NCBI RefSeq assembly: GCF_009914755.1
Contig: NC_060940.1
Length of the DNA: 64,000 nucleotides
Reading direction: 5' to 3' (one strand)
Source: the human T2T-CHM13v2.0 reference genome, Homo sapiens
Positions 40,401 to 57,528 of the stretch are shown piece by piece. A program made the translations under genes and the position numbers. Position 1 is the first letter of the stretch; each line of letters opens with the position of its first letter. The notes under the pieces were generated by a model. It searched no databases. It had not been told where the DNA came from and was given only the letters and a program-made list of their open reading frames with translations.

Positions 40401-40755
40401 ATTACTTCTACTACGGCTTATTCCCCCTTCTTTCTCTTACCTCCTTCTGGAATTCTAATTATATGTGTACATGTTGAAATTTGCCATCTGATCCTCAATG
40501 TCTTTTAACCTGTTTCAGATATTACCCATCTCTCTCTGCTGAATTCTTAAGTCTTCCTAATAATCTTATAAACCAGTAATTATTTCTTTAATGTCAAATA
40601 TGTTGATAAACTTATGTAATCAGGTTTTCATGTGGTATGTACTACAGAGATATATTCCTTTCCAGAGGCCTATTTTGCTCTTTTTCATATTTTGCTGGTT
40701 TCTTTTATGATGTCTTGTTTCTTTGTTTCTTCATTTCTTTCTTACTCAAGGCATG

Positions 40756-40960
40756 TTTTTTTGTTTGTTTGTTTTTGTCCTTTTTTTTTTAGTTTGAGTC
40801 TCACTCTGTCACCCAGCCTGGAGTGCAGTGGCACAAACCTCAGTTTACTGCAACCTCTGTCTCCCAGGTCAAGTGATTCTCTTGCCTCAGCCTCCTGAGC
40901 AGCTGAGATTACAGGTGTGTGCCACAATGCCCAGCCTATTTTTTAATTTTTTTAATTTTC
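40756..40960 (-). mobile_element. Alu right monomer only
   Basis: gagtctcactctgtcacccag...gattacaggtgtgtgccac; no left arm follows. Confidence 0.9.
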
Positions 40961-40981
40961 AATTTTTAAAAAAATAGTATC

Positions 40982-41787
40982 AACTTTTATTTTAAGTTCA
41001 GAGGTACATGTGCAGGATGTGCAGGTTTGTTACACTGGTAAACATGTTCCATGGTGGCTTGCTGCACAGATCATCCTATCACCTAGGTATTAAGCCAGCA
41101 TCCTTCAGGAATTCTTCCCAATGCTCTCCCCATCTCCCGCCCCAACCCCAACAGGCCCCAGTGTGTGTTGTTCCCCACTATGTGTCCATGTGTTCTCATC
41201 GTTCAGCTCCCACTTATAAGTGAGAATATGTGCTGTTTGGTTTTCAGTTCCTGCATTAGTTTGCTGAAAATAATGGCCTCCAGCTCTATTTATGTCCCTG
41301 CAAAGGACATGATCTCATTCCTTTTTATGGCTGCATAGTATTCCATGGTGCATATGTTCCACGTTTTCTTTATCCAATCTAATGTTAGTGGGTATTTGGG
41401 TTGACTCCATGTCTTTGCTATTATGAATGATGCTGCAGTAAACATATGCATGCATGTATCTTTATAATAGAATGATTTATATTCCTTTGGGTATATACCC
41501 AAATGGTCAAATGGTATTTCTGGTTCTAGATCCTTGAGGAATTGCCACACTGTTTTCCATAATGGTTGAACTAATTTACATTCTCACCAACAGTATGGAA
41601 GAGTTCCTTTTTCTCCACAACCTCGCCAGCATCTGTTGTTTCTTGGCTTTTTAATAATCACCATTCTTACTGGTGTGAGATGCTATCTCATTGTGGTTTT
41701 GATTTGCATTTCTCTAATGATTACTGATGTTGACCTTTTTTTCATATGTTTGTTGGTTGCATGGATGTCTTCTTTTGAGAGGTGTCT
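40982..41787 (-). mobile_element. 5'-truncated older L1PA (L1PA8-13-like) 3' end
   Basis: ORF 41290..41550(-) WQFLKDLEPEIPFD...YYAAIKRNEIMSFAGT is the ORF2p C-terminus. Confidence 0.93.
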
Positions 41788-41875
41788 GATTTGACCTGAA
41801 ATCCCAAGCCAGTGGAATAGCAACACCAACTACATCCAGCTTCTGTGTCTGTCTCCCCACTGGACACACAGACAT

Positions 41876-41876
<1 letters not shown>

Positions 41877-41905
<29 letters not shown>
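41877..41905. repeat. (CA)n microsatellite
   Basis: Seen directly. Confidence 0.95.
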
Positions 41906-41908
<3 letters not shown>

Positions 41909-43947
41909 GCTTGAAATAAACACATATTCCAGCTCTTGTTTTTAGTTACCTCTTTGTTTCTATCAACTTGGGGGCTCTCTTTTTTCTCATAAGCTTAGCT
42001 ATTTATTATAAATGCTTTTCAAATAGTTTATCCAGTATTTTAACATACTTACAGTGATAGTGTTAAATATTTCTTAGTCTGCCATCTTGCTACAGTGAGA
42101 AATTCTGTCTTTACTCCCTAATTAAAGAAAAAAGAAAGAAAAAAGAAGAAAAGAAATATCCTGAATCATATACATTTTTATATTACAGCAGAATGCAAAA
42201 AAATGTGAAGATCTGTGAACACAGAAATAACTAAGTTATGGATTGGTATGGGCAACTTAAAAGAAAATCCCTATTTAAAATACAACTATTGTGAAGAAGT
42301 TTATCTAATTAAATAACGATCAGTATGAAGCAAGTTCTTCCTAAGAGCTACTTCACTTGATAATGTATGAATGACTATTTTTATAGAAAAATGTTGTGCC
42401 AAGTTAGTTGCTCTCTGCGTTAATATTACAGTCAGAATAATAGAGAACAATAAAATTAGTTCCCACTGCCTAAGTTTTATACTTTAATATGACAAAGTAA
42501 TGTTTTTTATTTATCTTTTTTCCCCCATGCATAGTCTTCTGTTGACAACCCCAATGTTTCTTGTGTACATCTGCAACCAAATAAATAACGAGCTAACAAT
42601 TTGGCACAATATACACCATTTTATGGATAATCATGCTCATTTACAAAGGTAAGCATGTTTCTTCATCCAATAGTTTTCTCAAAGTTCCTCCAAAATAAAA
42701 ATTATGTTAACACAGAGTAGCTTAACTGCCCTAGAAATGTTGACATTGTACTGATGCTATCTGAAGGACTCGGTATGTTTCTGGCTTTAAGAAAACTGCT
42801 GGTAGGAATATTATGACAATAGATATGCTAATATTCTTTGCTTTATAAATTATAAGTACCCTTAAAGGACAGTGCCAATACTAGTTCATTTTTGGGCGTG
42901 AAAGAAAAACAAACAAACAAATAAAATTTTTCTAGTCCAGCCTCAGGCGTTTTAGAAGAAGGTGTTGTGCCCATGGTCATCAGCACCAGAAATTAGCAAA
43001 TGATCTTGCTGAAAGTTTTGCAATCCTAGCTCTGAAATTCACCAAAAACATTTGCTTTTGTTTGTTTTGCTTAATTTTTGCCTTCTTAGCTGGTTACAGG
43101 AATTTCTTGTCTTTGTTTCAACATTTCGGTCCCTGCATGTCCTCCTTGTCTTTTCCTAGAGGAGGCATAGTTTAAAAAGCAAGGTTAAATGAGATCTTTC
43201 CTTTATATTTTTTATCATTCTCTTCCTCTATACAACATATCATTTGTGTAAGGCACCCACCCAGTCCCTTCCATAGGAATGACTAATATCCTTTTTCCAT
43301 GGCTCTGTTTACTGTTTCCTGCCAGTTACTCAAGTTCTTAGCAATATGCCACTTCTTCAAAGAACCTTTCCCTGAAACGGGAGGTCACAACCAAATGCTC
43401 TTTCCACCTGTTCTCTTGGTACCTGTTCTTCATCCCATAATGACGTGCATAGTTCATTATTCTTCATTAAGCAGTAAAGAAGGTTATTTATTTAAAGTAG
43501 GATATTCTGTGCTACCAAAGACTGTATAGAATGTACAATTCAATCACATTCCTAGAATGTAGAAGACAATCAGAAGTTACTTTTAAATGAGTGAATGTGT
43601 TAATGAAGGAATCCATCAATAAATTGACCAAAGTTTGAGTCACACTCAATGGACAATTAGGAAGAATAAAATTCTGTTAAATATAAATGAGATGAAAACG
43701 TATACCTGAATACCTGATTACTCCACCAACTCACAATAAACGATGGGAACCTTATTTTTAATATCATTTTATATATATTTGATATATATGTGTATGTATA
43801 TATTAATGATAATGAGATGAGTCCTGGGGTGGGTAAGAACAAAAGGTTAACAAGGTGTCCTAAATATTTAGGACATTTTGTATTGTTATTTTGCAATCCC
43901 AGAACTGGAATAATAAATTAGGTATTCGGCAAATGAAATAAAATAAG

Positions 43948-44379
<432 letters not shown>

Positions 44380-44744
44380 TCATCCAGAAAACTGAAAAGT
44401 AAAATGGCAGACACTGGTATATTTTATTGAGGCAAGCCAAGCACGGACTAATCACTAACATTTTTATTGGTGACTAAATCAGTATAATAGAAAAAAGGTA
44501 TTTAAAAACAGACCTAATTTCATCTTATAAGAACTCACTGAGATAGGCAGGGAAATTATTGCTCTTATCATTGCATACATTTTTTTGAAAAAGGAAGCTA
44601 GGTAAATTTTCATTGAGGCAAAATGTATAAATTGTATATCTGGGGCTGGAACCTTGTTTTCTAGTGATGCAAATAATAACAATTATTTAGTTACTTCTAT
44701 GTTCCATGCTCTAGGCTATGTGCCTTAAATATATTTTTAACTCT

Positions 44745-45660
44745 AAAAAATATATATTTACAAGAAGTTGCAAATGGTATAGGCAGTTCCCTTGTACTCT
44801 TCAGCTAATTTCGCTAAATGGTAACATTTTATAATACACAGTATAATACAATATCAAAATCAGGAATTTGACATCGTTACAATTCACAAAGCTTATTCTG
44901 GTTTTATTATACTCATCTGTATACAGGGGTGTGTATGTGTGTGTGTGTGTCTTTCCATGCATTTTTAACAGGCATAAATTTATGTAACCACCTCAATCAA
45001 AACACTGTTCCATCAACATAAAGATTCTTCAAGTACAAAACCACTAAGTTGCTCTCTGGTTTTATTTTGTAATTATAAGAATACTATATGGAATTATATA
45101 CTATGTAATCTTTTGATATCAGCTCTTTCTTTATTCAGCATAACTCCCTCAAGATCCATCCATGTTGTTGTATGTGTTGATAGTTTATTTCTTTTCATTG
45201 CTAAGTAGTATTACCTGGTATGGATATACCATAGGTTGTTTAACCATTCACCAATTGAAGGATAGGATAGATGAGTTATTTGCAGTTTTTGGTTATCACA
45301 GAAAAACACTAATGCGCATGTTTTTGTGTTGACAGAGTATACATTTCTCTGAATAAATACCCCAAAGTGCAATTATTTTATCATATAGTACATATGTGTT
45401 TTTTTTTAATGCCAAACTGTTTTTCAGAGTGGCTGTATTATTTTAAATTTTCATTAGGAATGTGTGAGAGATCCATTTTTTCTACATCCTTTCTAGCATT
45501 TTGCTATTTTTTATTTCAGCTCTTCTGACAGACATGTAGTGGTATCTCACCATGGTTTTAATTTGCAACTTCCTGGTGGAAGTTGGATATGGAACATATT
45601 TTTCTGCACATATTTGATTTGGTATGCGTGTAACTTATTCAGTTAAATGTCCATTTGTAA
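44745..45660 (-). mobile_element. Old L1 (L1MC/ME-like) 3' end
   Basis: tttacaagaagttgcaaa terminus; gtagtattacctggtatggatataccatag...aaccattcacc. Confidence 0.75.
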
Positions 45661-45663
45661 ATA

Positions 45664-46198
45664 TAGTAGCTCCCCCTTATCTTCATGTGATATATTCCGA
45701 GACCCCCCCCAGGGGATGCCTGAAGCCACAGATAACACTGAACCCTACATATACTATGCTTTTCCCATACATACATGCCTATGAGAAAGTTTAATTTGGC
45801 ATAGTAATGAGATTAACAACAACTAATAATACAATAGAACAATTATAACAATATACTGTAATAAAAGGTGTATGAATGTGGTCTCTTGCTTTCTAAATAT
45901 CTTATTGTACTGTACTCACTGTTATTTTCTTGTGGTGCTGTGGAATGATATAACTGTGTGACTAATGGGCAGGGAGCGGCATCTACAGCATGAATACGCT
46001 GGACAGAGGCTGATTCAAATCCTGGGCAGGATTGGGCAGGATGGCATGAGATTTCATTACGTTACTCAGAACAGTGTGCAATTTAAAACTTAAGAACTCT
46101 TTATTTCTGGAATTTCCCATTTAATATTTTCACACCATGGTTGACTGGGAGTAACTGAAATTGAGGTAAGCAAAATTGTGGTTAAGGGGAAACTACTG
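45664..46198 (+). mobile_element. MER44B-like (TcMar-Tigger) DNA transposon
   Basis: TIRs tagtagctcccccttatc / gttaaggggaaactactg, TA on both sides. Confidence 0.88.
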
Positions 46199-46249
46199 TA
46201 TCTACATTTAATAGTTATATTTAAATATATCTATAATTATGTGCTTGCC

Positions 46250-46400
46250 ATATTATTAGCATTCGATGTCTGCTTTTCATGGGTATGGTAAGAAAATTAC
46301 AGAGAAGTTAAGTATGTGCCCAAAGGCACACTGCTAAGAAGTGGCAAAGCCGAAGTTAAAAGTTCTGCTGTAATACCAAACTTGCGTTATTGCACTTTGC
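46250..46400 (-). mobile_element. MIR (probably continuing the MIR piece at ~44685-44735)
   Basis: acagagaagttaagtatgtgcccaaaggcacactgctaagaagtggcaaagcc. Confidence 0.7.
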
Positions 46401-46564
46401 TGATTTTTCCACTAACTTAATTATTTTATTGTGCTGGCTACTTTGCAGAGATTCAAGGCCACAATTGTGAATAAAGCAAACATGTTACATCTTTACCATG
46501 CATTTATAAATATCACTTTTAAATACTTTAGAAGTTAAAAAATCTCTTTAAAAATGAAAGATGA

Positions 46565-46878
<314 letters not shown>

Positions 46879-48435
46879 AAAAATGAAAGATGACAGACTA
46901 TGTGGAATATGCATTTTATGAACACTTTAAACACTTCTTGTATTAATAAACCAAAATGGAGTTCACACTAAAGTTTATGATTCAAGATATAAACCTAAAG
47001 TAAAAATACCTACGTGAGAAAACAAATAAAATACATATTTTATGTTTTAATTAATTTTAAAAATTCCATTTAATACTTGACAAGGGAAGTCGGATGGGGT
47101 GGGAGGATGAGAGAGTTTGAGGTGGAAGAAGAAGCAACCAAGAGGTGTGTTTGCAATTTGCCTTCACTAATCACCTTGTACTTCCTCAGCACAGTGGAGG
47201 ATTAGAATGTGGTAGGTGCACATATTGTTAATTACAGACAAGAAGACATTCTCCAGCTGAAATTAATTAATTACTTTCCTCTGGGTGGCAGAAGCCCAGA
47301 GTGGTGTTTGAGATGTAGGGTCATGATTCCTTGTATCAATTTTGTATTTGATTATATTAGTCCTGACAAGCTATTCGCTAAGGACATTATATGTTTCAGT
47401 CAATAGTGATATTATTCTTCAGCTATGTCAACACCAAATTACTGGAGATTAATCTTTGATATCCTTGGTGCTCTGTTTTCCTAAGATTTTTGTTCTTATT
47501 CATTAAATACAGATATTTATCATTTTTGTATGAATGTCTACTTAGAATTATTGTCTAGTGATTGGCATATCTCATTTGAAAATGATCAAATACTTTCCCA
47601 TTATACATAATTTTTAAAAACAGAGGCTGGGCTTATTTTAAATCTGAAAGAATATAAAATTCACCACAGTTAAGCTCAACAAAGCCGCAAAGGAACATAT
47701 TAACATGTTACCAGCTCATGTCTGGAATAATTCATCTACTCATCCATTTGGCTGGACATTTATTAACTAAAAACATAGTTAAATAGCATTCTAGAATGAG
47801 TATGCTGCAAAGAGGAAAGCATGAAATGGCTGTACAGGGAAGACAAAGGGTGCTACTGACAAACAGTATGTTTGATATTGCCATACGGGGGAAACATAAA
47901 AGTCAGTATCTTCTGTTCAGTAGGGGAGCTGTTTTTAGGTCACATACAACTTAGAAGTCATTCTTGCTCCAGTCAGAATCTACAGCAGCCACTTCAACAT
48001 CAGAGGGTTCTCAGAACAGCGTGAACTCAACCACAAGTAGAAGGGTAAATTGCAGCAGGCATTTTCTACACTAGACATTGGGAAGTCAGCTCAGCATGGA
48101 TATTTGTGGTAACCAGTTTGCAACAGGCTGAGTAAGAGAAATAAAAGTACAATTGAAAATCTTCGACTTAAACTCATAAACATTGAACAACTGAAGTTGA
48201 AGAGATTGAAATAGTCTCACAATACATGTATCATTGAATATTGCAGGTAAAACAAATGACATGAGACACAGAGTCAAATGGGAAACAGAAATAAATCAGA
48301 ACAGTCCTGGAAACCATTGATTAAAGATTATTTGACCACTGTTCAAAGATGAGCCTTTGATAAAGCCCATTAACTCAGCCTCAACTCACTAAGGCTTTCT
48401 TTAGTAAGGAGATATTGAAAGTTAGTTAAAAACAG

Positions 48436-49340
48436 GGGGAGGAGCCAAGATGGCCGAATAGGAACAGCTCCGGTCTACAGCTCCCAGCGTGAGCGACGCA
48501 GAAGATGGGTGATTTCTGCATTTCCATCTGAGGTACTGGGTTCATCTCACTAGGGAGTGCCAGACAGTGGGCGCAGGTCAGTGGGTGTGCACACCGTGCG
48601 CGAGCCGAAGCAGGGAGAGGCATTGCCTCACTGGGGAGGTGCAAGGGGTCAGGGAGTTCCCTTTCCGAGTCAAAGAAAGGGGTGACGGACACACCTGGAA
48701 AATCGGGCCACTCCCACCCGAATACTGCGCTTTTCCGACCAGCTTAAAAAACGGCACACCATGGGATTATATCCCGCACCTGGCTCGGAGGGTCCTGTGC
48801 GCACGGAGTCTTGCTGATTGCTAGCACAGCAGTCTGAGATCAAACTGCAACGCAGCAGCGAGGCTGGGGGAGGGGCGCTCGCCATTGCCCAGGCTTGCTT
48901 AGGTAAACAAAGCAGCCTGGAAGCTCCAACTGGGTGGAGCCCACCACAGCTCAAGGAGGCCTGCCTGCCTCTGTAGGCTCCACCTCTGGGGGCAGGGCAC
49001 AGACAAACAAAAAGACAGCAGTAACCTCTGCAGACTCAAATGTCCCTGTCTGACAGCTTTGAAGAGAGCAGTGATTCTCCCAGCACGCAGCTGGAGATCT
49101 GAGAACGGGCAGACTGCCTCCTCAAGTGGGTCCCTGACCCCTGACCCCCGAGCAGCCTAACTGGGAGGCACCCCCCAGCAGGGACACACTGACACCTCAC
49201 ACGGCAGGGTATTCCAACAGACCTGCAGCTGAGGGTCCTGTCTGTTAGAAGGAAAACTAACAAACAGAAAGGACATCCACACCAAAAACCCATCTGTACA
49301 TCACCATCATCAAAGACCAAAAGTAGATAAAACCACAAAG
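48436..49340 (+). promoter_or_regulatory. L1 5'UTR internal sense promoter and antisense promoter; YY1 site at 48447-48455
   Basis: aagatggcc YY1 motif intact; CpG-rich relative to the window; established L1 architecture. Confidence 0.85.
48670..48885 (-). CDS. ORF0: LINE-1 antisense ORF0, intact 71 aa
   Basis: Track ORF 48670..48954(-) from its internal Met: MASAPPPASLLRCSLISDCCASNQQDSV...FSRCVRHPFL, 71 aa; ATG context gcaATGg. Confidence 0.85.
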   Translation of the reverse strand: MASAPPPASLLRCSLISDCCASNQQDSVRTGPSEPGAGYNPMVCRFLSWSEKRSIRVGVARFSRCVRHPFL

Positions 49341-50348
49341 ATGGGGAAAAAGCAGAACAGAAAAACTGGAAACTCTAAAAAGCAGAGCGCCTCTCCTCCT
49401 CCAAAGGAACGCAGTTCCTCTCCAGCAACGGAAGAAAGCTGGATGGAGAATGACTTTGACGAGCTGAGAGAAGAAGGCTTCAGGCGATCAAATTACTCTG
49501 AGCTACGGGAGGACATTCAAACCAAAGGCAAAGAAGTTGAAAACTTTGAAAAAAATTTAGAGGAATGTATAACTAGAATAACCAATACAGAGAAGTGCTT
49601 GAAGGAGCTGATGGAGCTGAAAACCAAGGCTCGAGAACTACGTGAAGAATGCAGAAGCCTCAGGAGCTGATGTGATCAACTGGAAGAAAGGGTATCCGCA
49701 ATGGAAGATAAAATGAAGCGAGAAGGGAAGTTTAGAGAAAAAAGAATAAAAAGAAATGAGCAAAGCCTCCAAGAAATATGGGACTATGTGAAAAGACCAA
49801 ATCTACGTCTGATTGGTGTACCTGAAAGTGATGGGGAGAATGGAACCAAGTTGGAAAACACTCTGCAGGATATTATCCAGGAGAACTTCCCCAATCTAGC
49901 AAGGCAGGCCAACGTTCAGATTCAGGAAATACAGAGAACGCCACAAAGATACTCCTCGAGAAGAGCAACTCCAAGACACATAATTGTCAGTTTCACCAAA
50001 GTTGAAATGAAGGAAAAAATGTTAAGGGCAGCCAGAGAGAAAGGTCGGGTTACCCTCAAAGGGAAGCCCATCAGACTAACAGCGGATCTCTTGGCAGAAA
50101 ACCTACAAGCCAGAAGAGAGTGGGGGCCAATATTCAACATTCTTAAAGAAAAGAATTTTCAACCCAGAATTTCATATCCAGCCAAACTAAGCTTCATAAG
50201 CGAAGGAGAAATAAAATCCTTTACACACAAGCAAATGCTGAGAGATTCTGTCACCACCAGGCCTGCCCTAAAAGAGCTCCTGAAGGAAGCGTTAAACATG
50301 GAAAGGAACAACCGGTACCAGCCGCTGCAAAATCATGCCAAAATGTAA
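49341..50348 (+). pseudogene. ORF1: L1 ORF1p, disrupted (TGA at codon 110; 9-bp in-frame deletion)
   Basis: MGKKQNRKTGNSK...QNHAKM; CGA>TGA at 49668-49670; MEDKMKR instead of MEDEMNEMKR; 1008 bp versus canonical 1017. Confidence 0.97.
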
Positions 50349-50396
50349 AGACCATCAAGACTAGGAAGAAACTGCATCAACTAACGAGCAAAATAA

Positions 50397-54240
<3,844 letters not shown>

Positions 54241-54519
54241 ACAATGAGATCACATGGACACAGGAAGGGGAACATCACACTCTGGGGACTGTTGTGGGGT
54301 GGGGGGAGTGGGGAGGGATAGCATTGGGAGATATACCTAATGCTAGATGACGAGTTAGTGGGTGCAGTGCACCAGCATGGCACATGTATACATATGTAAC
54401 TAACCTGTACAATGTGCACATGTACCCTAAAACTTAAAGTGTAATAAAAAAATAATAAAAAAATAAATAAAAAGAAAAAAAAAAGAAAGTTAAAAACAGA
54501 ATTTTATTATATGATATGT

Positions 54520-54658
54520 AATATATAGAAACCTTATATATGTGCGTGTATATATATTACGTGTATAATGGCACTATATGAAATGTATACATATCTAATG
54601 TATATATATATGCATATATATACACACACACATATATATACACATACATACATATATC
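54520..54658. repeat. (TA)n/(CA)n low-complexity tract
   Basis: Seen directly. Confidence 0.8.
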
Positions 54659-56745
54659 AGAAATATTTTGTCCATCCTAGTATTTCAAACTATAGAGACA
54701 ATAACAGAATTAACTGAGGAGGTTTAATTACAGAAGTTAAGATTTTTATTACAGCCATGTGAATGAGGCAGACACCAAAAATTGATTTGGTATGGAAAAG
54801 CAAAAATTTTGCCTAAAGGCTCAGAAATGATGCTAACCGACCAAATGGTTAGGCCTAAACCATAATAGAATCTACCTTGATTGGTATTCCAAGATCCAGG
54901 CTCTGCTCTTCTCTCCAAATTTATCTTGGGAAAGGCTTGATTAGACCATTGATAGTTCATCAGATTTAGGGGAGGCTCATTTAAACTAACTGGATGCAAG
55001 GAACACTAATGTTTATAAACATAAATCCTTGTTAATTTTTCTTAATAAATATTTCTTGCCAGTAATAAAAAAGTATTTATGTACATTGTCCATGGAAAAT
55101 ACTTTCCATTATTAGAACACTTAGGAGGAATAATAAGATAGCTTTTTGCTATGTATGAAATCATAACTGACATAGTCTTGACTGTGGAAATCCAAAACAA
55201 TTTGAATAATTTTAAATTTGTAAAATATTCAGCAACATTTACTGATAATCTTCATGTGAAAGGGAGACATCATTTGGCTTGGGGTTCTTTATCAACCTTT
55301 TTCCAAATACAGAGTACTTCTTCTCCTGAGAGTCACCTATAGCTAGGGCACAGCAAGATTTAAAGCTGTGTTTCTACGTCTTCTCCCTCAGTCACCTCAT
55401 GTTATCACAGACAATGGAGCTATGAAAAGGTACTTGTTTTATTTCCCCACCCCAGCTTAATGAATCCAAAGGTCAGGAAAATAATCTCTAATGAAACAAT
55501 TACCATGTATAGAGATAACTTCTAGCCTAGAATGTGAGAAAAGATGCTATGGAAGCATCAAGCTTTCCTTTATACAGTTACTAAATCTGAGACTCAATAA
55601 TAATCAGAAGATTTTCAGAATAATATAGGAAAAGAATGAGCATTCAAGGAAAAAGATACATCAGGTACAAGGGTAGTGAAAAGTGAGGAATCTGAACTAT
55701 CAAAAACTGTAAATAAATCTATGACAGAAGTATAGGAAACTGGAAGGAGTGAATTAAGAAATAGAAAAGAGCCAGATCATAAAGGGTCTTGTAGGTCAAG
55801 CGTTTTTAATTTATCTTGTATTTGATGCATGACGAGGTAACATTTTTGAATAGACTCAAAACTAGAGGATTGAGAGACTGCCTTCAAATTTTTATTGCTG
55901 GCTGTGACTATGATTTCAGCAATGAAAGATGAATTAAACTAAGCATTGGCTGTGGTTTGAAATTTATGGAAATTTGAGCGACATTTATAAATCAGTATCA
56001 GCAGAGCTATTGAACAATGAGTTGTACGGAATAAGAAACTAAAGTCATGTAGAATGAATCTCAGGTCACTCGCTTCATTAATAGTGGTACTGCCAGCTAC
56101 AAATGGAGAAATAATGCAAAATGAGGCAGTGAATTTTAAACTTGGGTGATATTTCATATGTTAGCTGTACTATAATATTTTTCCAAAGACCTTGACAATG
56201 AGATTATGAATAAAACAAATTGCCATAAGAAGTACACTTTTAATGAAATACTTGTAATTTTTAAAAGTCAGGTACTGTGTTCATAGATTGGAAGACTTAA
56301 TATTGTTAAGATATCAATACTACCAGAGTGATGAACTGGTTCAACATAATTCCCATCAAAATCTTATGGTGTATTTTGCAGAAATAGAAAAATCCATCCT
56401 GAACTGTATATGGAATATTTGGGTACCCCAAATAGCCAAAACAACCATGAAAAAACAAAGTTGGAGGTCTTACACTTCCTGATTTCTAAACATATTACAA
56501 AGCTACAATAATCAAAACAGTAATCAAAGCTGGCATACAGACAGACAGATAGACCAATGGAATAGAATAAAGATTCCAGAAATAAACTCTTAAGTATATG
56601 GTCAAATGATCTTCAACAAGAGTACTAAGAGCATTCAGTGAAGGAAAACAATCTCTTTAAAAAATTGTGCTGGGAAAACTGAAATATCTGAATTAAAAAA
56701 GATGAGGTTGAATCCTTATCTTACAGCATACACAAAAGTCGACTA

Positions 56746-57111
<366 letters not shown>

Positions 57112-57155
57112 TTAGACAAATCGGACTATATCAAATTTAAAAAGCTTTTGTATGT

Positions 57156-57528
57156 TGATATGGTTAGGCTTTGTGTCCCTACCCAGATCTCATCTTGAAT
57201 TGTAATCCCTGTAAGCCTCGCAATCCCCACCTGTCAAGGGAGAGACCAAATGGAGGTAACTGAATTATGGGGGACGGGTTCCCCCATGGTGTTGAGTGAG
57301 TTCTCACAAGATCTAATGGTTTTATAAGGTGCTCTTCCCCCTTTGCTCAGCACTTCTCCTTCCTGCCATCTTGTGAAGAAGGTGCCTTGCTTCTCCTTCA
57401 CCATCCACCATGATTATAAGTTTCCTGAGGCTTCCCAAGCCATAAGGAAACTGAATCTAACCTCTTTTCTTTATCAATTATTTAGTCTTAGGCAGTTCTT
57501 TGTAGTAGTGTGAGAACGGACTAATACC
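57156..57528 (+). mobile_element. THE1D/MSTA-like MaLR solo LTR
   Basis: tgatatggttaggctttgtgtccc...gtgtgagaacggactaatac; TSD tatgt/tatat. Confidence 0.9.

Larger units (their letters stand above)
38960..42090 (-). mobile_element. HAL1/L1ME-like element fragmented by nested insertions
   Basis: cttgaatgatgatttggcaggctttagaattctaggttggcag motif; pieces at ~38960-39510, 40400-40745 and 41790-42090. Confidence 0.55.

Noticed and set aside
54296-54317. G-quadruplex motif
   Set aside because: Standard G-rich tract of L1PA 3'UTRs, not specific to this locus
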